64,000 bases of DNA, from the NCBI GenBank assembly GCA_965140585.1, contig OZ223270.1, positions 160,001 through 224,000 on the forward strand, written 5' to 3'. The stretch is from Spirochaetia bacterium (GTDB taxonomy: Bacteria > Spirochaetota > Spirochaetia > UBA9216). How positions within the stretch are numbered: position 1 is the first letter of the stretch; each line of letters starts with the position of its first letter. The position numbers were made by a program, and so were the translations under genes. Below are positions 47,815 to 58,634 of the stretch, piece by piece. The notes under the pieces were generated by a model that searched no databases, was not told where the DNA came from, and saw nothing but the letters and a program-made list of their open reading frames with translations.

Positions 47815-49026
47815 ATGTCACAGAAGCAGCATGTAATCTGTTTTAACGGAGGAAGCTCCTCTATCAAAATATCAGTAAAAGAAGTAAACGGCGCAGATGT
47901 CGAGACAATTGTCGATTTCAACTGCCAGGGCCTGGGAATGGACCATGGTTATATCGATGTTAAAACCGCTGACGGTAAAGAAACAATCGACACTCCAATG
48001 AAGGATCACAAGACAGCCCTGACAGCAATTACCAGTCTCATTTCAGAGAGATACCCGGAACTCAACATCGTAGCAGCCGGACACAGGGTTGTTCACGGTG
48101 GACCGGAATTTACCGAAACGGCACTTATTGATGAAAAGGTCATGAAATCGATTGAAGAATATTCATCACTTGCGCCCCTGCACAATCCGGCAAACCTTCA
48201 GATAATCGAGGCAGCGCTTGCCGATTCTGTATTCGGCAAGGTTCCGAATGCTGCAATATTCGATACCCAGTTCCATGCCGAGATGCCCAGGTACGTAAGA
48301 CAGTACGGCGTTCCAAGCCACTGGCTTGATGACTACAAGATACAGCGCTACGGATTCCACGGAGCGTCATATACATACATCAGCGGCAGATTCGCCGAAC
48401 TTAACGGCCTGAGCGCTGAAGAAACAAACTGCGTTATTGCGCATCTTGGAAACGGATGCTCGATTGCAAAGGTAGAAGGCGGAAAGGGAACCGATACAAG
48501 TATGGGAACAACCCCTCTCGAAGGCCTTATCATGGGAACAAGAAGCGGCGACATAGATCCGGGCGCTCTTGAACTTATGGCCAACAACCTCAACACCGAC
48601 ATCAAGGAAATTATCCGCATACTCAACAAGGAATCAGGACTTCTGGGTCTCTACAACAAGAACGGACTCAAGGATATGAACAAGATAAGGATGGAAGCTG
48701 AAAAAGGCGATATTGAAGCAGAGGTTACCATTCAGACTGTTGCATACCGTGTTGCGAAATACTTTTCCGCATACATCGGAACAATGGAAAATCCGAAAGG
48801 AATAGTATTTACCGGAGGAATCGGTGAAAATGAAGGATACTTCAGAAAGAAGGTAATGGGCTTCATGAAACTCTACAACTGGAAGATTGATGAAAACACA
48901 ATCATGACCAGAAACGAAGAAGTTATTGTAGCCGAAAGCGGTCTTATCCCCGGACTCAAGGCCTGGGTAATTCCGACTGACGAAGAAAAGGTCTTCGCAC
49001 TTGAAGCTATGAAATTTGCGAAATAA
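47815..49026 (+). CDS. ackA: Acetate/propionate kinase
   Basis: NGGSSSIK, GHRVVHGG, APLHNP, RYGFHG and FTGGIGEN motifs. Confidence 0.93.
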   Translation: MSQKQHVICFNGGSSSIKISVKEVNGADVETIVDFNCQGLGMDHGYIDVKTADGKETIDTPMKDHKTALTAITSLISERYPELNIVAAGHRVVHGGPEFTETALIDEKVMKSIEEYSSLAPLHNPANLQIIEAALADSVFGKVPNAAIFDTQFHAEMPRYVRQYGVPSHWLDDYKIQRYGFHGASYTYISGRFAELNGLSAEETNCVIAHLGNGCSIAKVEGGKGTDTSMGTTPLEGLIMGTRSGDIDPGALELMANNLNTDIKEIIRILNKESGLLGLYNKNGLKDMNKIRMEAEKGDIEAEVTIQTVAYRVAKYFSAYIGTMENPKGIVFTGGIGENEGYFRKKVMGFMKLYNWKIDENTIMTRNEEVIVAESGLIPGLKAWVIPTDEEKVFALEAMKFAK

Positions 49027-49045
49027 TTCAACTCGATAATGTCTG

Positions 49046-49085
49046 AAAAAAGCCGGGTAGATAAAATTATCAGCCCGGCTTTTTA
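49046..49085. terminator. Bidirectional terminator
   Basis: A-run, AGCCGGG...CCCGGCT stem, T-run. Confidence 0.85.
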
Positions 49086-49101
49086 TTTATTACGACATAT
49101 C

Positions 49102-50550
49102 TTATTCGGTAGTGATTGCGATGTTCTTGGTAACAAGATATTCGCTGACAGCTTCAAGTGATAGCTCTTTTCCAAAGCCGGACTGCTTGAATCCGCCGTG
49201 AGGAGCCTCGGAAGCTACAATAAGATGATTATTAACCCATACAGTTCCGAACTCCAGCTTATGTGAAACCCTCATCGCACGGGCAACATCCTTTGTCCAC
49301 ACTGATGCAGCCAACCCGTATACAACATCATTTCCAAGCCTGACAGCCTCGGCTTCATCCTTGAAAGTATTAATTGTGAGAACAGGACCGAAAACTTCCT
49401 CCTGGATAATCTCTGAATCCTGCTTTGCATCTGCAATAACTGTCGGTGCATAGAAGTATCCGCTTCCGAGTTCCGGCATTTTCCGGCCGCCAATAACTAC
49501 ACGGGCACCTGCAGATTTTGCACGCTCTACAAAGCCTGAAACACGCTCAAGCTGCTTTGAGCTTATAAGCGGGCCGACTTCTGTTTCAGGATTAAGCGGA
49601 TCACCGATTTTCACAGCCTCTGCTGCGGCAGTGACAGCCTCCAGCAGCTGCTTATACCGGCTTTCATGAACGTAGATTCTGGTTGCCGCGGTACAATCCT
49701 GACCGGAGTTAAAGGTTCCGCCGAGAACTGCGGTTTCGGCAACCCTTGCGATATCGGCATCTTCAAAAACAACAACAGGAGCTTTTCCGCCCAGCTCCAT
49801 ATGAGTCCGCTTCATCGTTCCGGATGCAAGCTCCATAATTCTCCGTCCGGTTCCGGTTGATCCGGTAAGGCTGACAAGGCGTACTGAAGGGTGTGTTGCC
49901 AGGACTTCCGCCTTTGCGCCGCGCCCGGTTACTATATTAAGAACACCATCGGGAAGGCCTGCCTCCTTTGCAATCTCTCCGAGACGAAGAGTGGACAGGG
50001 GTGTATTTGAAGCAGGCTTCATTATTATGGTGCATCCTGCCGCGAGGGCCGGGCCGATTTTCCAGGCGGCCATCTGAAATGGGTAGTTCCAGGGAGTTAT
50101 CTGGCCGACAACTCCGACAGGCTCATGCCTGAATACATGCGTCATCCCCTTAAGATACTGTCCGGCGGCGATACCGTGCGTATCTCTGGCAAGGGTTGCA
50201 TAATACCTGAAGTTGTCGATTGAATCATGAATATCAACTGCCTTGCATTGATATTCCAGCGGTTTGCCGGTATTTTCTGTTTCGAGTCCGGCAATTTCAT
50301 CGGAGTATTTTTCGATAAGATCTGCCATTTTCCAGATTATTCCGGAACGTTCGGCCGGTGTGCTCTCGCTCCAGGGCCCTTCATAGAAGGCTCTTTCCGC
50401 GGCGGCAACAGCTGATTCAAAATCGGAGGTTACAGCATCGGGGACGCTCTGAAATTTTTGACCAGTGGCAGGGTTGACAACATCAATCCTGTCCTTTCCT
50501 CTGGAGGGCACCCAGCCTCCATTAATCCACAGTTCATAACTGTCTTTCAT
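49102..50550 (-). CDS. NAD-dependent aldehyde dehydrogenase (aminobutyraldehyde dehydrogenase-like)
   Basis: ITPWNYP, ELGGKAP, FNSGQDCTA and EEVFGPV motifs. Confidence 0.9.
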   Translation of the reverse strand: MKDSYELWINGGWVPSRGKDRIDVVNPATGQKFQSVPDAVTSDFESAVAAAERAFYEGPWSESTPAERSGIIWKMADLIEKYSDEIAGLETENTGKPLEYQCKAVDIHDSIDNFRYYATLARDTHGIAAGQYLKGMTHVFRHEPVGVVGQITPWNYPFQMAAWKIGPALAAGCTIIMKPASNTPLSTLRLGEIAKEAGLPDGVLNIVTGRGAKAEVLATHPSVRLVSLTGSTGTGRRIMELASGTMKRTHMELGGKAPVVVFEDADIARVAETAVLGGTFNSGQDCTAATRIYVHESRYKQLLEAVTAAAEAVKIGDPLNPETEVGPLISSKQLERVSGFVERAKSAGARVVIGGRKMPELGSGYFYAPTVIADAKQDSEIIQEEVFGPVLTINTFKDEAEAVRLGNDVVYGLAASVWTKDVARAMRVSHKLEFGTVWVNNHLIVASEAPHGGFKQSGFGKELSLEAVSEYLVTKNIAITTE

Positions 50551-50554
50551 TTTT

Positions 50555-50656
50555 ATCTCCTTTCCAGTCGGGAGGCATTGCTGTTTCCGGCAACACCCTG
50601 TCGGTCAGGACTCCATGTGAGATGAGACTTCATTTAGGAGCGCAGGACTCGAAGAT
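50555..50656 (-). ncRNA. Moco/Tuco riboswitch (MOCO RNA motif)
   Basis: AUCUUCGAGUC..CCUAAA..AUGG..GAC..AGGGUGUUGCCGGAAACAGCAAUGCCUCCCGACUGGAAAGGAGAU; P1 pairs over the SD; matches the motif's AGGG-P4(GAAA)-GCCUCCCG..UGGAAAGG 3' half. Confidence 0.8.
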
Positions 50657-50753
50657 TTGCTATAAATTTATTGGATTTGCATGCATCCGGTCAACACAGA
50701 AATCGGAGAGATAGCGAGAAATCATATTTTTATCAGGAAAACAGGATATTATG

Positions 50754-51474
50754 CTAGGGTGTATATTTATAAAGCTGCCCAGGAGTTACACCGAAACCTG
50801 CCCATTCCCTTACAAAATATGCCGCTCCATCACAGACAATGAACTGACTGTTTCGATAATCCATTCCGTAACCCTCGGGAAAAGAAGCTTTTACTGACCA
50901 TTCTGTGTTCCCGGGAGTCCAGGCATAAAGCTTCTGATTTTCATCCAGAACATATCCGGTTCCATCAATAGAAAAAACCTCGACCGCACCACCCGGCATC
51001 ATCAGGGAGATTAGGAATTGAAACCCATCCGTTTGTTGCAGGATCATACTCGGCGAACTCATGCCAGGATTCAGTTTCTATATCATCGTCCCAGGCTTCA
51101 CCTTTTACTGCAGGATAGTGCCCCCCTCCAGTGTATATCTTATCGCCTATAGCAAAAAAAGCCGGGTCTCTGTAATTTGACAATGCATCTACAGTCATGG
51201 TTTCTTCCAGGGTTTTGTATATCCACATATCTATAAGCGGATCACTTTCATTCTCACCAAGACCGTAATAAATCTCATCTCCATTAACAAAAAGTACAGC
51301 ACTTGAACGTTTAGAGCCGGGGAATGTTGTTTTCTGTTCCCAGAAATCATGATCCAGAGGGTTATCACGATCCACAGAAACGATCACATCGTTTACTGCA
51401 GAAGGATCGAAAAAGTCACAGGAAACAAAAACCATTGCAAGAATTCCGGCAGCAAAGAATATTTTATTTTTCAT
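50754..51474 (-). pseudogene. Kelch-repeat lipoprotein, frameshifted at the A6 run 50972-50977
   Basis: FVSC lipobox; Kelch motifs FPG..R, IGDKIYTGGG, YDPATNGW; the protein continues in another frame (FSIDGTGY..W..KASFP). Confidence 0.7.
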
Positions 51475-52160
51475 CAAGAGCCTCCTGCAGACGTACAATT
51501 TCATTCTCCATACGCGATTCACGCGACGCGAGCCCCCAGGTTATTCCTGTAACAACAGCGGCAGGTATCGCAACATGTAGTGAAATATCCCTTACCGTCC
51601 TCATTAAACGGATATTATCTTCAGCCTCGGTAATCTGCGCTCCAAGGCTTTCAACTTCAGCATCATCAGTTGAAGCGGAATACTCCTGATCAAGAGTTTC
51701 CAGCGCATCGGCTGCAACGTCAAGCTCGCCGCGGTAAAACCATCCGGAGCCGTAACATACAGCTCTCCGGAACTGAAAAGAGAAATTCCGGTATCAGGAT
51801 TGTAATCAAGCCCGGCAAGCCTGTAGGCAACCTCAAAAACCTTATCCTGCATTTCATTTAGGGATTCAAAGGTTATGGCCTCGGCACTGATAGTCCTGCT
51901 GGAACCAACGTCAATCAGTCTTATCGCCAGATTGTAGATAGTCCCAATTGAAGACAGTTCTCCTAAAACAATATTTTCAGCGGCCAGAAGCTTTCCAACT
52001 TCAATTGCGCATGAATCATCAGTACAGCCGGACAATGAAAAAGCCTGAGCCTCAAGAATAGCTTTCATATCGTTATAACTCAGGACAGTAAAAAGATCCG
52101 TCTTAAACAGAGCCGTCTCCACAATACTGCGGCAGGCTGTTGCATCAGCTTTGAAGATAT
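51464..52160 (-). pseudogene. Degraded CsgG-like domain protein with a C-terminal TM tail
   Basis: ILEAQAFSLSGCTDDSCAIEVGKLL..IRLIDV domain lacking its N-terminus; C-terminal part in another frame, ending LQEALDEK* over the next ATG. Confidence 0.6.
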
Positions 52161-52266
52161 AACCAGTTTATTGGAGCTCCCCGCACTTGTCCAGAATTTA
52201 TTTTCTTGATGATTAAAAAGACGGTCTGTCAGGAACCGTGGTAGAATATACCATCAGGAGGCTGAT

Positions 52267-53454
52267 ATGAGCAGGAAGATCTTTGATTATTACAGAGAGG
52301 AGGCCGGGGCTCTGAAGGCCGGAGGCCTGTACAAACAGGAACGCACTATCTGTTCTCCCCAGCAGGCTGAGATTACCCTTGAAGACGGCCGGAAGGTAAT
52401 CAATTTCTGCGCCAATAACTACCTGGGACTTTCAGACAGCCCGGAACTGATAGCAGCGGCCAAAGAGGGGCTTGAACAATACGGTTACGGACTGTCATCG
52501 GTAAGGTTTATCTGCGGCACACAGTCTATTCATCTGGAACTTGAAAAACAGTTAAGCAGCTTTCTCGGAACCCAAAGCACAATACTCTACTCATCCTGCT
52601 TCGATGCTAACGGCGGACTCTTTGAAACAATTCTCGGGGAAGAGGATGTAATCATCTCGGACGCTTTAAACCATGCCAGCATCATTGACGGAGTCAGGCT
52701 TTCAAAGGCGCGGAGAATGCGCTATGCCAATAACAATATGGCAGAGCTTGAAAACTGCCTTAAAGAAGCCGCCGCCTGCCGCTTCCGACTCATAGCCACC
52801 GACGGGGTATTTTCAATGGACGGTATAATTGCCGATCTTGCCGGAATCTGCGAACTTGCTGACCGCTATGATGCCATAGTCATGGTCGATGATTCTCATG
52901 CTGTAGGATTTATCGGTGAGAACGGTACCGGAACGCCTGAATACTGCGGCGTCCGGGACCGCATTGATATAGTAACCGGAACACTTGGAAAGGCTCTGGG
53001 CGGTGCTTCCGGCGGTTATACTTCAGGGCGCAAAGAAATTATTGACTGGCTGCGTCAGCGCTCGCGCCCATATCTTTTCTCAAATTCACTGGCACCGGTT
53101 ATGGCATATACAGCACTAAAAACCCTGGAGATTCTGAGCGGAAGCGGTGAACTCCGTACCGCCCTTAATGACAATACGAAAATATTCCGTGAAGGCCTGA
53201 AATCAGCCGGATTTACAATAGTGGAAGGTGTACACCCGATTGTTCCGTTGATGCTTTACGATGCCCCGCTTGCCGTCAAAATGGCGAACCTTCTGCTTGA
53301 ACGCGGGATCTATGCAGTGGGTTTCAGCTACCCGGTAGTACCTGAAGGCCAGGCAAGGATTCGTTTTCAGATGTCGGCGGCACACAACACAGACCAGGTA
53401 CAGAAGGCGGTAGAAACCATTACTGCCGCCGGAAAAGAACTGGGAGTCATTTAG
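52267..53454 (+). CDS. kbl: Glycine C-acetyltransferase
   Basis: [22 protein letters not shown] and [12 protein letters not shown] motifs. Confidence 0.96.
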   Translation: MSRKIFDYYREEAGALKAGGLYKQERTICSPQQAEITLEDGRKVINFCANNYLGLSDSPELIAAAKEGLEQYGYGLSSVRFICGTQSIHLELEKQLSSFLGTQSTILYSSCFDANGGLFETILGEEDVIISDALNHASIIDGVRLSKARRMRYANNNMAELENCLKEAAACRFRLIATDGVFSMDGIIADLAGICELADRYDAIVMVDDSHAVGFIGENGTGTPEYCGVRDRIDIVTGTLGKALGGASGGYTSGRKEIIDWLRQRSRPYLFSNSLAPVMAYTALKTLEILSGSGELRTALNDNTKIFREGLKSAGFTIVEGVHPIVPLMLYDAPLAVKMANLLLERGIYAVGFSYPVVPEGQARIRFQMSAAHNTDQVQKAVETITAAGKELGVI

Positions 53455-53456
53455 CC

Positions 53457-54482
53457 ATGAAAGCGCTGGCAAAGACAAAATCAGAACCAGGTCTGTGGAT
53501 GATAGATTCACCTGTTCCGGAATACGGGCCTAACGATCTGCTGATACAGATAAAGAGTACCGCTATCTGCGGTACTGATGTCCATATCTACAACTGGGAT
53601 GAGTGGTCTGCAAAGACAATTCCTGTACCGATGATTACCGGCCATGAGTTTGTCGGAGTCGTTGAAAAGATCGGTAGCGAAGTCGACGGATTTCATATCG
53701 GCGACAGGGTTACCGGAGAGGGGCATATTACCTGCGGCCACTGTCGAAACTGCCGGGCAGGTAAACGTCATCTCTGCCGAAATACAAGTGGTATCGGGGT
53801 TAACCGGACCGGCTGCTTTGCAGAGTATCTGGTTCTACCGGCATACAACTCATTTAAGCTTGATGATTACATCCCCGACCGGATCGCAGCCATCTTTGAT
53901 CCCCTTGGAAACGCGGTTCATACCGCGCTCGCATATGATTTAGTCGGAGAAGATGTTCTAATCACCGGAGCAGGCCCGATCGGAATAATGGCTGCTGCCG
54001 TTGCACGGCACGCCGGAGCCCGCTATATTATCATCACAGACGTTAACGACTACCGCCTGCAGCTTGCCCGGGATTTCGGCGTCACAAAAACTGTTAATAC
54101 CACCAGGGAAAACCTTCCGGATGTAATGAGTGAACTTCACATGCTTGAAGGCTTTGATGTCGGGCTTGAGATGTCCGGAAACACGGCAGCACAACGCCAG
54201 ATGTTTTCTCTTATGAATAACGGGGGGCGCGTGGCAATGCTCGGACTGCCTTCCGGCCAAAGTGAAATAGACTGGAGTGAAATAATATTCAAGGGACTCA
54301 CCCTAAAGGGCATCTACGGCCGCGAGATGTTTGAGACCTGGTACAAGATGGCGGCGATGGTCAGAACCGGCCTTGAGATTGCCCCGATAATCACTCACGA
54401 ACTGCCGGTAGATAATTTTCTGGAAGGATTCGAGATCATGCGCACAGGCCGGGCCGGCAAGGTTCTGCTTCACTGGGACTGA
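53457..54482 (+). CDS. tdh: L-threonine 3-dehydrogenase
   Basis: [16 protein letters not shown] and [11 protein letters not shown] motifs. Confidence 0.96.
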   Translation: MKALAKTKSEPGLWMIDSPVPEYGPNDLLIQIKSTAICGTDVHIYNWDEWSAKTIPVPMITGHEFVGVVEKIGSEVDGFHIGDRVTGEGHITCGHCRNCRAGKRHLCRNTSGIGVNRTGCFAEYLVLPAYNSFKLDDYIPDRIAAIFDPLGNAVHTALAYDLVGEDVLITGAGPIGIMAAAVARHAGARYIIITDVNDYRLQLARDFGVTKTVNTTRENLPDVMSELHMLEGFDVGLEMSGNTAAQRQMFSLMNNGGRVAMLGLPSGQSEIDWSEIIFKGLTLKGIYGREMFETWYKMAAMVRTGLEIAPIITHELPVDNFLEGFEIMRTGRAGKVLLHWD

Positions 54483-54488
54483 ATTAAC

Positions 54489-54522
54489 AAAAAAAAACTG
54501 CCGACTTTTACATCTGGCAGCC
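54489..54522 (-). terminator. Terminator between convergent tdh and GNAT genes
   Basis: A-run followed by CTGCC...GGCAG. Confidence 0.55.
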
Positions 54523-54533
54523 TGTCTGAAACT

Positions 54534-54992
54534 CTATCCTTCCAGCTTTCTGAATACAACCATCTCGGATTTAAAGAATCCGTTTTTAAGATAAAAACTC
54601 TGCGATTCCGCATTTGTGTCATCTGTAAGGAGGGTCAGCCTCCCTATATCAAATTCAAGAAGATTGCGCTCCACCGCCCTGATCAGCTCAGAGGCGATTC
54701 TTTTCCTTCGGTAGTCCGGATGAATTACAAGGTCTTCAAGAATTGCAACTCTCTTTCCAAGGGCTGTTGATACTGTAAAAAGGATATTAACCATTCCAAC
54801 AATCTGGTTCTGGTGTACCGCTTTCAGAATAAATCCTGTATCCGGATCTTCAATTATCATTCCAAGGCCCCGCATCTGGGCATCCTTGTCAGGTGTGAAC
54901 TCAGCTTCCATACTGAAGAGTATATTTAAAAGGCTGCTCAATTCTTCAACGTCGTTCAGATCTGCTCTGTTTATTTCTACGTCCCTAATCAT
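54534..54992 (-). CDS. GNAT family N-acetyltransferase
   Basis: LEDLVIHPDYRRK.IAS and FYLKNGF motifs. Confidence 0.9.
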   Translation of the reverse strand: MIRDVEINRADLNDVEELSSLLNILFSMEAEFTPDKDAQMRGLGMIIEDPDTGFILKAVHQNQIVGMVNILFTVSTALGKRVAILEDLVIHPDYRRKRIASELIRAVERNLLEFDIGRLTLLTDDTNAESQSFYLKNGFFKSEMVVFRKLEG

Positions 54993-55010
54993 TATTAATT
55001 CATAACAAAA

Positions 55011-55939
55011 TCAGCTAAGGCTGTAAACCTTAGCCGCATTTTCTGCATACATTTTTTTAAGTTCTTCAGGATTAAATTCTCCACAGTCTTTTAAATAGTC
55101 GATAAGAGAGGAATAACTGTTCCCAACAGCTACAGAAGGCAGATCACTTCCCCATATCAGCCTGTCAGCTCCACAATGTCTCTTGCTGCTGTTATGTATT
55201 TCACCGCTGACGGGAAGGGGTAATCTTCCGGCATTATACTTGCCGGGATTGAAGCGGCGGTAAAATATATGTTTGGTACTGATTTCAGTTTCTCAAGCTC
55301 AGAAGCAAGATCTGCATAATGCTCACGTCCGGGAAAAAACAAGTGCTCAATCACAAATGTAATGCCCTGATATTTTTCCGCTATATTTTTCAGCTGATCA
55401 GTCTGCATACTCGGCTCACCAAAGGTGCCCATATCAAGACTGATTACAAGCCTTTTAGAATCAGCAGCTATCCAGACCTTATCCATTTTTTCAGAATCAA
55501 GTTCAAAATCAGGATGGTATCCCATAAAACCGAAGCCCCGGCTCATTTCAAACTTAAAACCTTTAAAACCATTCCATGAAAGGATTTTTTCCAGGACTTC
55601 TTCAGATTCATAGATGTAGGGATCAAAAGTTCCCATTGCAGACAACCTGTCAGGAAATTTTTCAACAGCCTCTCTGGTATAATCGTTACAGAACCCGTAG
55701 TAAGACCCCTGCATAAGGACAGCTTTAGAAACATGGTGAGAATCAAGCAATTCAATAAGCCTTTCAGGAGTAAAAGATCTATCCCCGTAACCATCAGGAA
55801 GAATTCGAACTTCAGTACCATCAATCCATCTGGCCATGCCGCCGCCGATTCCGCGGAGTTCACCCTTTCTGCCATAGCCGGCAATATTTTCTATCACATG
55901 TACATGCGCATCAATTACTCTGTAGTTTCCTCTCATCAT
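55011..55939 (-). pseudogene. Amidohydrolase_2 family protein with a 1-nt deletion near 55172
   Basis: IDAHVH and IEH motifs; the conserved GADRLIWGSDLP..ENAAKVY C-terminus lies in another frame, ending at 55011. Confidence 0.8.
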
Positions 55940-57561
55940 CAATCCTCCAAAGCTCTTGAGATCAGACGGCTAAATATTGTCCTTCTAACAGCGCCAGCAC
56001 CAGAATTCATTTCATTAAACAGCTTCTGAACAAGCTCTCCAATTCCCGCCTCATACAGGTCAATACCGAATATAGTCTCATTTGACAAAATCGGGCGGAG
56101 ATCCGGAAATCCATCATCTGTCCCGGAACCATGAAGTATTGCAAGCAGATAATCCTTCTGAGGATCAACGCTTATCTCCAGAGGCTCTCCCTGATCATCA
56201 GTACCCATAAGGTATCTCAGCCATGCTGCAATAGCAAGCGGAATCCCGATCAGTACCTCTGCTGCACGGCCCTCCCGGTGATAGGCCTTGATTGTTTCAC
56301 CGAAGCGGATACCGACTTTTAGCGATGTATCAGAGGCGATTCTTGCCGGGCTGTCGGGGATATATGGGTTTCTGAGGCGTCTGAAATAGACCTCATCAAG
56401 AAAATCTTTTGCACTGATAATTCCAGGATCGATTACAACCGGCAGACCTTCATCGTAACCGATACGCTTGATCAGCCTGTCAATTTCTGCATCCTTTACA
56501 GCTTCTGAGACCAGGGTATAGTTAAACAGACAGCCAGTCACAGCAATTGCCGTATGCAGAGGGTTTAGACAGGTTGTAACTTTCATGGTCTCTATGCGAT
56601 TAACAGTTTCCCTGTCGGTAAACCACATACCCTCTGTGTCGCCCAGTTCAATTCTACCGTTTGGAAATAAATCCTCAATAAACAGATATTTCGTTTCCTC
56701 AGAATTAACAAAGGGGGCTATATAAGTATTTCTTGATGTTATAACCGGGGACATTCCACTTATTCCTGAAAGCTCCAGATCATCTTTAATATCATCTGAA
56801 GGCCTTGGAGTGATGCGGTCGATCATTGACCAGGGGAATGACACAAGCTCCGGACTTTTCAGGTATTCAATAAATTCCTGATTTACAAAGTCGCGGATTT
56901 TCCACTCTTCGGCAACCTGGAGTACAGTATTCATAAGCTTCTCACCGTTATGAGAGCAGTTATCCATGCTGACAAGAGCGACAGGCAGAGCCCCGCTTTT
57001 AAAGCGGTGAAACATAAGAGATGTGAGAATGCACATAAGATGCGAGGGCTTTTCAGGACCATCGTCAAGATCCTTTAAAACCAGAGGCATCAGCAGCCCG
57101 TCTGTCCCGTTAATTGTATAGCCCTTTTCTGTAACAGTAAAACTAACCATTTTAAGTGAGGGTGCCCCGAATACCGATTTCAGTCTACCGGTATCAGCTC
57201 CCGGGGCCATATCGCCTATCAAGGCTTCGGCCACTGATGCGAAAATTTCCTTCTTAAGTGTCCCGTCAGCAGATGCGGAAACATTAAGCGTCAGATTGTC
57301 AAAAGGCTTATAGATCTTATCAATTATCTCGTAGTCAAATGTTTCGACAGCAATAATACCTGTATCCGCCTTACCTGTCTCCAGTAAGTGCTGATGATTG
57401 GCGGCGATAAAGCCGCGGAATATATTTCCCGCGCCGAAGTGAACCCATTCAGGATTAAGGGAAGTTCTTTCTTTCATTGCCTGAATATCGAAGGCAGGTG
57501 TTTTGACACCGGCGGAGCCCCATTCGGAATTATTGAGAGTTTCAAGCTTAAGTTCAGGCAT
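55939..57561 (-). CDS. Mannitol dehydrogenase family protein (probable fructuronate reductase)
   Basis: VHFGAGNIFR, FTVTEKGY, SMDN, MIDRITP and MKVTTCLN motifs; next to uxuA. Confidence 0.88.
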   Translation of the reverse strand: MPELKLETLNNSEWGSAGVKTPAFDIQAMKERTSLNPEWVHFGAGNIFRGFIAANHQHLLETGKADTGIIAVETFDYEIIDKIYKPFDNLTLNVSASADGTLKKEIFASVAEALIGDMAPGADTGRLKSVFGAPSLKMVSFTVTEKGYTINGTDGLLMPLVLKDLDDGPEKPSHLMCILTSLMFHRFKSGALPVALVSMDNCSHNGEKLMNTVLQVAEEWKIRDFVNQEFIEYLKSPELVSFPWSMIDRITPRPSDDIKDDLELSGISGMSPVITSRNTYIAPFVNSEETKYLFIEDLFPNGRIELGDTEGMWFTDRETVNRIETMKVTTCLNPLHTAIAVTGCLFNYTLVSEAVKDAEIDRLIKRIGYDEGLPVVIDPGIISAKDFLDEVYFRRLRNPYIPDSPARIASDTSLKVGIRFGETIKAYHREGRAAEVLIGIPLAIAAWLRYLMGTDDQGEPLEISVDPQKDYLLAILHGSGTDDGFPDLRPILSNETIFGIDLYEAGIGELVQKLFNEMNSGAGAVRRTIFSRLISRALED

Positions 57562-57563
57562 TT

Positions 57564-58634
57564 CTATTCTCCGCAGTTTCCGTAGGCATCAATCAACCCG
57601 TTAAGATACATAACCCCTAGAGCCCTGTCATAAAGACCGTATCCGGGCCGGCATTCCGACTCCTCACCCCAGATATGCCGTCCATGATCAGGACGGATAT
57701 AGGCACCAGGTGAAACCTCAATCAGTGCTTTTACTATCTCCGCAACATCAAGATTTCCATCGCTGGTCTTATGAGATGATTCAATGAAGTTTCCGCCATC
57801 CAAATATTTAAGATTTCTGACGTGGGCAAAATGAATACGGTCACCGAACCTGCGTATCATTGCAGGAAGATTATTATCCGGATTGGCACCCAGAGATCCG
57901 GTACAGAAGGTCAGGCCGTTATAGGGACTGTCTACCAGCTTCAGAAAGCGATCTATATGATCGGCACTTCGGATAATTCGCGGAAGACCGTACATAGGCC
58001 ACGGTGGATCATCGGGATGGATAGCCATTTTAACATCGTTCTTTTCGCAGGCAGGCATTATTCTTTCAAGAAAGTACTTACAGTTTTCAGTGAGCTTTGC
58101 TTCATCTACATCTTTATAAGCTTCAAACAGTTCACTGATTCCGGCAAGCCTTTCCGGCTCCCAGCCGGGCATTGTAAATTTGTTGCCGTTCTTGAGAATT
58201 TCACCAATCAGCTGCTGCGGATCAACCTCAGCCTTCAGCTTTTCATAAAAGAGTGCGTTCGAACCATCGGAAAGTTCTTTGTAAAGATCCGTTCTTATCC
58301 AGTCAAAAACCGGCATGAAGTTGTAGCAGATTACCTTCACTCCAGCCTTTGAAAGTTTTTCTATAGTATCAATATAGATATCGATATAGCGGTCTTTCTC
58401 CGGAGAGCCTGTTTTAATAGAGTCATGAATGTTTACACTCTCAACTATTTCAGCATTGAACCCGGCGGATTTTATAAAATCCGCCTCGGCACTTATCCGC
58501 TCAGTTTCCCAATGTTCTCCGGCAACCTTGTCGTGAAGGGACCATACTATCCCCTCAACCCCGGGTATTTGTTTTATCTGATCAAGGGTGATGCTGTCAT
58601 TTCCCTGCCCGAACCATCTCCAGGTCATTTTCAT
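57564..58634 (-). CDS. uxuA: Mannonate dehydratase
   Basis: MTWRWFG, CYNFMP..DW.RT, HPDDPP, RPDHG and PGYGLYDR motifs. Confidence 0.96.
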   Translation of the reverse strand: MKMTWRWFGQGNDSITLDQIKQIPGVEGIVWSLHDKVAGEHWETERISAEADFIKSAGFNAEIVESVNIHDSIKTGSPEKDRYIDIYIDTIEKLSKAGVKVICYNFMPVFDWIRTDLYKELSDGSNALFYEKLKAEVDPQQLIGEILKNGNKFTMPGWEPERLAGISELFEAYKDVDEAKLTENCKYFLERIMPACEKNDVKMAIHPDDPPWPMYGLPRIIRSADHIDRFLKLVDSPYNGLTFCTGSLGANPDNNLPAMIRRFGDRIHFAHVRNLKYLDGGNFIESSHKTSDGNLDVAEIVKALIEVSPGAYIRPDHGRHIWGEESECRPGYGLYDRALGVMYLNGLIDAYGNCGE

